A stretch of DNA of 64,000 nt from the IMG/VR virus record IMGVR_UViG_3300032286_000547, positions 46,148 to 110,147 of that record. One strand, written 5' to 3'. Within the stretch, counting starts at the first letter, position 1. Every line of letters starts with the position of its first letter. Positions 1 through 7,455 of this stretch are shown here, piece by piece. Position numbers and translations under genes: made by a program. The stretch comes from a virus. The notes under the pieces were generated by a model that did not search any database, was not told the DNA's origin, and worked only from the letters and a program-made list of their open reading frames with translations.

Positions 1-1767
1 GTTAAAACAATTGAGACATTCAAAGATCACTTAAACACTAGTAGAACTGGTGATGTAGTGATTAAAGATGGTAAGCCTGAAGAACTTAAAGGTAATGAAG
101 AGAACACTAAGATATTTAATGATTTCTTACGTGCCCTACTTTACGAACAAAAATATCCTCTATCTGATTCTGATATTCCATTAGGCCTTGGTAAAGTTTC
201 TAACTTCATGAAAGAAGCAATTAATAAAGTGGCTGGTAGAGAAGTGTTTACAATAGATGACACTCCTAGTGCTACATCATTAGTTAAGACAATGGATGCT
301 GCTAATAGAGCATTCCAATTAAAGACACTTGGATTTGAATTCATATCAGGAGCTGTCAACTTATTTGGTGCTAATATCCAGGTGGCAACACAAGCTGGTA
401 ACTATTTCAAAGCTAGAGAGTTTGCTGCTAATGAAGGAAAACTTATAGGTAATAGATTCAAAAATGATGAGGAGAGAGAAATGTTCATTCAAATGATTAA
501 TAAATTCATGCCTCTTAAAGATGATCCTACATATGATAAGCTGAGACAAGCAGGGTTAACTGCTTTAACTAGACAAAACTTTTCTGATATGCTTATGGTC
601 TTTATGAGAGAACCTGAGCAACACGTAGAGAAATCTATATTCTTAACTCTTCTTCAAAACATGATGGTTGAAGATGGTAAGATAGTTAGTATTAGAGAGT
701 TTGTAAAAAACAAATACAAAGGTAGATTTGAGAATGCACAGACATATAGAGATACAAAAAAACAAATCGATGCTGAGATAGAAGAGCTTAAGAAAACAAG
801 ATCTATAGATGCTATCAAAACATTAGAAGATGGTAAACTTGTTATTCCTGGTCTTGATCTTAACAATGCTACTGAGTTACAACGTCTTACAAACTTAACT
901 AGACGTATATCTAGAAATGCTACAGGTGGTCTTTCTGATTCTGATATGAATAGAATGGGAATGAACATCTGGACCAAGAGTATGATGGTGTTCAAAAACT
1001 GGATACCTAAACTTGTTGATACACGTTTCTCTGAATTAAGAAGAGTGTCTGATGACTTCTCTGTAACAATTGATGAGGATGGTATATCTGAAGGAGATAA
1101 ATACGATATTGGTAGAGTGAGACTGTGGGCTTATGTAATGGGAACTTCTATTAGAGATAGAAGCTCTAACATCTACAACATCCTATCTATGAATGATAAA
1201 GGTCTTGCTGTATTAGATAAAATGTATGAAGAGTTTTCAGAGAAATATGAAAAGAGAACAGGTAAACCTTTCAACATGACTAAAGAAGATTTCATTGATA
1301 TGATTAAAAATAATCTACGTAATGAAGCAAAAGAACTTGCAATACTTCTTTCTTTATTTGGAATGATGTTCTCATTAGGATTTGTTGCTCCAGACGATGA
1401 TGATGATAAAGCAACTAAGAACTTCTATAGATATACTCAAAGAGTGATAGATAAATTCATTGGTGAGCTTTCGTTCTTCTATAATCCTGTAGAGTTTCAA
1501 AAGATATTAAGTGGTGGAATGTTCCCTGCTATTGGAATCTTCTCAGACATTGAAAGATTTGTAAGTCATACAACAATGGAAGTTACAGGATATGATATAA
1601 AAAATCCAGAACTTACAACAGATGAGGTTAGAAAGAAAGCACAACCAGTTAAGAATGCTGCTAAGATGTTTCCTTTTACTAAATCATTAATGACTTATGG
1701 AGCAATATTTGATGCTGAATTTGCTAAGGAATATGATATAACAATCCAAAAAGAAAGTAGAAGATAA
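1..1767 (+). CDS. C-terminal part of a large virion/ejection protein (position of the crAss-like virion RNA polymerase/cargo genes), 5'-truncated
   Basis: Frame 1 is open from base 1 to the stop at 1767; helical protein with a hydrophobic segment near the C-terminus; no catalytic motif visible in this fragment. Confidence 0.5.
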   Translation, partial: VKTIETFKDHLNTSRTGDVVIKDGKPEELKGNEENTKIFNDFLRALLYEQKYPLSDSDIPLGLGKVSNFMKEAINKVAGREVFTIDDTPSATSLVKTMDAANRAFQLKTLGFEFISGAVNLFGANIQVATQAGNYFKAREFAANEGKLIGNRFKNDEEREMFIQMINKFMPLKDDPTYDKLRQAGLTALTRQNFSDMLMVFMREPEQHVEKSIFLTLLQNMMVEDGKIVSIREFVKNKYKGRFENAQTYRDTKKQIDAEIEELKKTRSIDAIKTLEDGKLVIPGLDLNNATELQRLTNLTRRISRNATGGLSDSDMNRMGMNIWTKSMMVFKNWIPKLVDTRFSELRRVSDDFSVTIDEDGISEGDKYDIGRVRLWAYVMGTSIRDRSSNIYNILSMNDKGLAVLDKMYEEFSEKYEKRTGKPFNMTKEDFIDMIKNNLRNEAKELAILLSLFGMMFSLGFVAPDDDDDKATKNFYRYTQRVIDKFIGELSFFYNPVEFQKILSGGMFPAIGIFSDIERFVSHTTMEVTGYDIKNPELTTDEVRKKAQPVKNAAKMFPFTKSLMTYGAIFDAEFAKEYDITIQKESRR

Positions 1768-1771
1768 CAAC

Positions 1772-1834
1772 GCTATATTATATCAGATATTTGATATAAA
1801 CGCTTTTATAATACATAATTAATATATAAATTTG
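1772..1834 (+). promoter_or_regulatory. Putative late promoter: GCTATATTAT box plus Bacteroidota -7 element TAAATTTG
   Basis: GCTATATTAT 1772-1781, TAAATTTG 1827-1834; same pair with same 55-nt offset at 10450/10505. Confidence 0.55.
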
Positions 1835-1839
1835 CCTAC

Positions 1840-2229
1840 ATGAGAACAGCTGCAATTTGCCCAACGTGTGCCACATATGAAAATGCTTTATGCGTTATAT
1901 ACAATGGCCCTAGTCTTAATAACATAGATGTTGCTCCTTTAGAGGATCTTCAAACAGTGTTAGGTAAGATAAATACTAATTTAGTACCATTATCTGGTAC
2001 AACACCACCTCTTACATCTGCTACATACTTAGGACAGCTTTATGTAAATACAGCTACATCCATTTTGTATTTTGCTAAGTCAGTAGGTACAGGAGCTGCT
2101 GATTGGAATCTTGTATTAACAAGTCCACAAGTAGTTCCTCAATATGCTAATAATGCAGCAGCATTGTTTGCAGGTTTACCTCCAGGTAAAATATATCGTA
2201 CAGGAGATATTCTAAAAATTGTTCACTAA
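1840..2229 (+). CDS. Small tail/fibre-associated structural protein
   Basis: Cys-rich N-terminus (CP...CVIYNGPSL) shared with the next fibre gene. Confidence 0.5.
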   Translation: MRTAAICPTCATYENALCVIYNGPSLNNIDVAPLEDLQTVLGKINTNLVPLSGTTPPLTSATYLGQLYVNTATSILYFAKSVGTGAADWNLVLTSPQVVPQYANNAAALFAGLPPGKIYRTGDILKIVH

Positions 2230-2244
2230 TTAATACAAACCCTC

Positions 2245-4782
2245 ATGAGTATAATCTGTGCAGCTAATCCTTGCCCAATATTATTAAGTGCGTCCTGTGT
2301 ATTTTATGAAGGACCTAACTTAGTATGTATTGGTATAAATACTAATGAAACTATTGAATCTGCATTACAAAAGATAAACAATAGACTTTGTTCTGGTGCT
2401 GGTGCTGATGGAACTAGTGGTACTTCTGGTACCAGTGGTACGTCAGGCACAACAGGTACTAGTGGAACATCTGCCACTTCAGGAACTTCAGGTACCACAG
2501 GTACTAGTGGAAGTTCTGGAACCAGTGGCACATCTGCTACTAGTGGTACTACTGGGACTAGTGGTACATCCGCTACATCTGGAACAAGTGGAAGCTCAGG
2601 AGTACAAGGTGATCTTTATAGAACAACATCAACTAATTGTCTTACATTAGGTGACTCAGGAACATTTACTGTTGCTACAGGATTGTCATACACTCCTGGA
2701 CAGTCTATTGTTATTTCATATAATGCATTCAATTATCAAGAATGTATTGTTATTACATACAATCACATTACAGGAGAATTAGTTTTCAGTGTTCCTACAG
2801 TAGTTGTTGGTTCAGGTAATTATTGTTCATGGGATATAAACTTAGAAGGTGCAGTAGGAGGAAATGGTTCTAATGGTACATCTGGTACGTCTGGATCTGC
2901 AGGAACATCTGGTAGTACAGGTACAAGCGGTACTTCTGGAAGTAGTGGAACTACAGGAACCTCTGGAACTAGTGGTACAAGTGGCACCTCTGGTACTACA
3001 GGAACTAGTGGAACATCAGGTACTGCTGGTACAACAGGAACATCAGGAACTAGTGCTACTAGTGGAACAAGTGGATTGAATGGTTCTTCAGGAGCTGCTA
3101 TAGCTAACTGGTTTGCAAGTTATTCTAATAATGCAAATCAACCTATAATAGCTGCAAATACACCTACAGTAGTTACATATAATACAACAGAAATAGCAAA
3201 TGGTATTGTTCTAGACTTTGGTCAACAGATTAGATATGCACATGCTGGTGTATATGAATTTGGATATTCTTTACAAGTAGAAAAAACAGGTGGAATAAGT
3301 ACAGATTTAGAGATATGGGTTAGAAAGAATGGTAATAACATTGTTAGAACAGATTCATATTTAACTATTGCAACTAATGGTGTAATACAATTACCATATG
3401 TATCTTTTATATTAGACCTACAAGCTAATGATTATTTAGAGATTGTATTTTCTTCTTCAAATCCAAATGTTCAATTAACAGCTAAAGCTGCTAAAGTTGC
3501 TCCATACAGTGCACCTGCTGCACCTTCTGTTATTGTTGTAACAAAACAAATAGGTGTAAGTGTAGGAAGTACATCTGGTACAAGTGGAACTACTGGTACA
3601 AGTGGAACCACTGGAACATCAGGGACTTCTGGAACTAGTGGTACGTCTGCTACTAGTGGAACCACTGGTACTTCTGGTACCTCTGCAACAAGTGGTACTG
3701 CTGGAACTTCTGGAACTACAGGTACTGGAGGAACCTCTGGTACATCTGGAACTTCAGCCACTAGTGGAACTTCAGGAATATCAGGAAGCTCTGGAACATC
3801 TGCTACATCAGGAACATCAGGATATTCAGGAGATAAATACGCAACAACTTCTTCTACATGTTATACAATTCAAGCACCTGGTGGCACAGGTACTATTACT
3901 ATTGGTACAGCACTATCTTATACATTAGGACAAAGTATAATTATAACTTATTCAGGCGATGCTTTTAAACATAATGAAGCTATTGTTACAGCATATAACC
4001 CAGCCACTGGTGTTTTAAGTTTTGAAGTGACAGGTCAAACTGGTTCAGGATTTTATTGTTCATGGTTTGTTAACCTTGATGGTGCTACAGGAGGAGATGG
4101 ATCTCATGGTACATCAGGTACTAGTGGTTCATCATCTACTAGCGGATCTTCAGGAACTACAGGAACTTCTGGTACATCAGGTACAACTGGTACTTCAGGG
4201 ACTTCAGCAATTAATGGAACTAATGGAACATCAGGAACATCTGGCTCAAGTGGTACTTCAGGTACATCTGGAACAACAGGTACAAGTGGTACAAGTGGAA
4301 GCAGCGGATCTTCAGGCACCTCTGGCTCTAGTGGGACTACTGGTACTTCTGGTACAACTGGTACTAGCGGAACAAGTGGTTCTAGTGGCTCTAGTGGCTC
4401 TAGTGGTACGTCTGGAACATCAGGTACAACAGGTACATCAGGTACAAGTGCTGTAGATGGATCTAGTGGAACTTCAGGATCTAGTGGAGTATCTGGAGCA
4501 GGAGGATCAATTAAAAGTATAAACTTAGTTTCTACAAATACTAATGCAGGTTCTACAGCAAGTACAGATTATTTTTATTTTGGTTCAAACACAATAAACA
4601 TTACATTACCAACAGCAGTGGGTAATGATAATTATTACACAATAAAGAATGTAGGAACAGGTGTAATAACAATCAACACTACATCCTCACAAACAATAGA
4701 TGGAAGTTTAACAGCTCCAATAAAAGTTCAATATTTATCATTAACATTAATTAGCGATGGTGCTAATTGGAATATTATATAA
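2245..4782 (+). CDS. Collagen-like (G-T-S)n fibre protein with duplicated beta domains and a central C1q/TNF-like domain
   Basis: Four long G-X-Y tracts with X/Y almost all Thr/Ser; two copies of a GD.Y.TTS...GSG.YCSW..NL.GA.GG.G domain. Confidence 0.7.
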   Translation: MSIICAANPCPILLSASCVFYEGPNLVCIGINTNETIESALQKINNRLCSGAGADGTSGTSGTSGTSGTTGTSGTSATSGTSGTTGTSGSSGTSGTSATSGTTGTSGTSATSGTSGSSGVQGDLYRTTSTNCLTLGDSGTFTVATGLSYTPGQSIVISYNAFNYQECIVITYNHITGELVFSVPTVVVGSGNYCSWDINLEGAVGGNGSNGTSGTSGSAGTSGSTGTSGTSGSSGTTGTSGTSGTSGTSGTTGTSGTSGTAGTTGTSGTSATSGTSGLNGSSGAAIANWFASYSNNANQPIIAANTPTVVTYNTTEIANGIVLDFGQQIRYAHAGVYEFGYSLQVEKTGGISTDLEIWVRKNGNNIVRTDSYLTIATNGVIQLPYVSFILDLQANDYLEIVFSSSNPNVQLTAKAAKVAPYSAPAAPSVIVVTKQIGVSVGSTSGTSGTTGTSGTTGTSGTSGTSGTSATSGTTGTSGTSATSGTAGTSGTTGTGGTSGTSGTSATSGTSGISGSSGTSATSGTSGYSGDKYATTSSTCYTIQAPGGTGTITIGTALSYTLGQSIIITYSGDAFKHNEAIVTAYNPATGVLSFEVTGQTGSGFYCSWFVNLDGATGGDGSHGTSGTSGSSSTSGSSGTTGTSGTSGTTGTSGTSAINGTNGTSGTSGSSGTSGTSGTTGTSGTSGSSGSSGTSGSSGTTGTSGTTGTSGTSGSSGSSGSSGTSGTSGTTGTSGTSAVDGSSGTSGSSGVSGAGGSIKSINLVSTNTNAGSTASTDYFYFGSNTINITLPTAVGNDNYYTIKNVGTGVITINTTSSQTIDGSLTAPIKVQYLSLTLISDGANWNII

Positions 4783-4784
4783 TT

Positions 4785-5135
4785 ATGGCATATACACCAG
4801 TATCCCCTTCGTCTTATTTTGATTTAGTATCAGCAGCAAGTACAAATCCAACTGTTATTAAAGCAAGTGCTGGAACAGTAAATGGTTGGTACATTTATAA
4901 TTCAAATGGTTCACCAAGAAAAGTTGCTTTTCATAATATAGCTACAACACCAACAGCTGGTTCAGGAGTGGTAATAGCTTTAGTGATACCTCCTTTATCA
5001 GCAGCTAACGTTTCACTTCCTGATGGTATAACATTTACAACAGGAATTTCAATAACAACTGTGACAGGATTAGCTGAATCAGATGCAACAGCTGTTGCGG
5101 TAAATGATCTAATAATTAACATATTTTATAAATAA
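4785..5135 (+). CDS. Small beta-rich virion/fibre-associated protein
   Basis: ATG 4785 (MAYTPVS) just after the fibre stop; in fibre operon. Confidence 0.5.
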   Translation: MAYTPVSPSSYFDLVSAASTNPTVIKASAGTVNGWYIYNSNGSPRKVAFHNIATTPTAGSGVVIALVIPPLSAANVSLPDGITFTTGISITTVTGLAESDATAVAVNDLIINIFYK

Positions 5136-5139
5136 TATC

Positions 5140-5451
5140 ATGGCAAATTTAAACCCTACAAACGTAATTACTTATCCATTAAATTGGGAAGCAAAATCTA
5201 TAGAGATAACAGTTAATGCATTTCCATTATTTCCTCAAACAGTTGAGGTATTTTGGAAACTAATTGGAGATTCAAATTCATTCAGTGGCTCTACAACAAT
5301 ACCAAACAGTGTTGTATCTCAATGGGGTACAGATGACGCTGTGATACAATCTTATGTATTACAACAATTAGGATTGTCAGAAGCATTAGTGCCTACAGTT
5401 AATGAACCAGTTATTACAGAAGAACCGACAACAGAAGAACCTATAGTATAA
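5140..5451 (+). CDS. Hypothetical protein, possibly fibre chaperone/accessory
   Basis: 103 aa ORF tightly packed between fibre genes. Confidence 0.45.
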   Translation: MANLNPTNVITYPLNWEAKSIEITVNAFPLFPQTVEVFWKLIGDSNSFSGSTTIPNSVVSQWGTDDAVIQSYVLQQLGLSEALVPTVNEPVITEEPTTEEPIV

Positions 5452-5452
5452 T

Positions 5453-7417
5453 ATGGCACTAAAGTATTGGTATGTAGCAGGTAATGGAAGTTCAAACTTC
5501 AATACAGCAGGGGTGTGGTATAATGGACCTGGAGGCACAGGTGGCACTACAACTACGCCTACTGCTGCTGATGATGCTATTGTTAATGCTGCTTCAGGTA
5601 GTGGTACATTAACTATTACAGCTACTGCAACTATTAATAGTTTAAATACTAAGACTTTTACAGGGACATTAGCTGGAACAAACGCACTAAATATAACAAC
5701 TACAACTTTACCAAGTGATAATTATGTACTTCAATTAGGAGGAAATCATACATATAGTGGTACTATAACTTTTAATACTACACTTGATCTTGGTTCATAT
5801 ACTTTATATATAAATTGTAATGGTATATTCCATAAAGGAAATATGACATTTAATTCTACAACAGTAAATGCTGAATGGTATAGTTATGATGATATTAATA
5901 GTAATCTTGTACCATTAAGAATGACAGGTGCTTTTGGATTAACAAAAGGATATGTTGATTGCAATGAATTATATGCAGCAAGTATTTCTACATCTAATTC
6001 AAATTTTAGAGGAATTTATGTAGATGATATTTATTTATCAGGATCAGGAACATTATTAGTTGCAACAACTCAAACAGGATTAAGTTGGAATTTAACTAAT
6101 TCAATTCATCTTACAAATACAACAGCAACTGCTAAAGCAATTTCATTTTCAGGAGTTGCTTATGCTCCAAATTTATATATAGAAGGTTCAGGAGCAAGTT
6201 CTACAACTATAACTGTTGCAGTTGCAACAGATGATTATCCAAATGTAATAGTATCAAAAACACAGGGAACATTTCTTTTTGGTACAAGTTATATAAGAGA
6301 CCTTACATTTATAGAAGGATCTACAGTTACTTGGGCAGGAACATCAAATTTAACAGTTCATGGGAATGTTACTTTGTGTAATTCTATGTCTATAACAACA
6401 AGTAATGCTTTAATATTTCAAGGACCTAATTTAGGTGTTGATAATCAAACTTTAACTACTTTTGGAAAAACATTTACAGGAACTTTATCTATTAATGATA
6501 CAGGTTATAATTCTTTAAATCTTACTATAAATGGAAATTATTTAACTACAGGAACTATAACTATAACTGCAGCAAATATAGTAACTTTTAATAATTCTAT
6601 ATCATCAAGTAATTCAATAAGTATAAATGGTTCTTCAACAGGTGCATTTCCAACTGTTGATTTTAATGGTGGAATATTAACAGCTACAACTTTGTCTATA
6701 ACAGATGCATTTGTTTATTTAAATAACAGCTTTTTATCAGGTGGATTATCTTTATCTACAGGTTCATTACAGCTTCTTACTAATTCTGTACATAGTTTTT
6801 TCACATTTACATCATCTTCATCTACTAATGTTAGGTCAATTTTCTTAGGTAATAATACAACTATAAATATAAGAGGAAATGTTGCAAATAGTTGGAATAC
6901 TTCTCAAGGTTTAGCACAAGGTGTTTTACTTTTTAATGCAGGAACATCAACAATAAATATAATAGATAATACATCAAGTGCAGCTGTTAGTTTTCAAACA
7001 GGAGGAGTTAGTTTTTATAATATTCATTTAAATAGGTCAAATAATTCAATAAATCCTCCTCAAATTACTTTTACAGGAGGTTTGTATTGTGTAAATTTTA
7101 GAGACTTTACTGTAATGCCCGCAGGAGTTTTTAATTATATTGTTTTTGGTGGTGGAACTCCTATAGTTTTTTCTGATACATTTCAAGTTGGTAATGACAT
7201 TAATCCAACTTATATACTCTCGTCAAGTACAACTCCTGTTACTATAACTAAACTTAATCCAGGATTAGTTATATGTCCAAGATTATCACTTTATAATATA
7301 AATGCTTCTCAAACAAATACTTTTTATGCAATAAAAGGTTCTACTGATAATGGTGGGAATAATCAATGGATATTTAACACACCACCAAGAAGATTAAGTT
7401 CTCTTGGTGCAGGATAA
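5453..7417 (+). CDS. Beta-helix-like, Thr/Ser/Asn/Gly-rich adhesin or tail spike
   Basis: 654 aa, repeated short strands such as GTLTIT and GNLTING, very few charged residues; resembles autotransporter passenger repeats. Confidence 0.6.
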   Translation: MALKYWYVAGNGSSNFNTAGVWYNGPGGTGGTTTTPTAADDAIVNAASGSGTLTITATATINSLNTKTFTGTLAGTNALNITTTTLPSDNYVLQLGGNHTYSGTITFNTTLDLGSYTLYINCNGIFHKGNMTFNSTTVNAEWYSYDDINSNLVPLRMTGAFGLTKGYVDCNELYAASISTSNSNFRGIYVDDIYLSGSGTLLVATTQTGLSWNLTNSIHLTNTTATAKAISFSGVAYAPNLYIEGSGASSTTITVAVATDDYPNVIVSKTQGTFLFGTSYIRDLTFIEGSTVTWAGTSNLTVHGNVTLCNSMSITTSNALIFQGPNLGVDNQTLTTFGKTFTGTLSINDTGYNSLNLTINGNYLTTGTITITAANIVTFNNSISSSNSISINGSSTGAFPTVDFNGGILTATTLSITDAFVYLNNSFLSGGLSLSTGSLQLLTNSVHSFFTFTSSSSTNVRSIFLGNNTTINIRGNVANSWNTSQGLAQGVLLFNAGTSTINIIDNTSSAAVSFQTGGVSFYNIHLNRSNNSINPPQITFTGGLYCVNFRDFTVMPAGVFNYIVFGGGTPIVFSDTFQVGNDINPTYILSSSTTPVTITKLNPGLVICPRLSLYNINASQTNTFYAIKGSTDNGGNNQWIFNTPPRRLSSLGAG

Positions 7418-7421
7418 TAAT

Positions 7422-7455
7422 AAAAAAGAAGCTCCTAACTAAGGAGCTTTTTTAT
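7422..7455. terminator. Bidirectional intrinsic terminator
   Basis: AAGCTCCT-aacta-AGGAGCTT flanked by A and T runs between convergent genes. Confidence 0.75.

Noticed and set aside
2304-4456. Alternative-frame and antisense ORFs (VPLVPEVP..., LVVQVEL...) over the fibre gene
   Set aside because: Shadows of the GTS codon repeats
2410-4500. Repetitive DNA as a CRISPR array or DGR repeat
   Set aside because: Degenerate 9-nt coding periodicity; no spacers, no Cas gene or reverse transcriptase in the window
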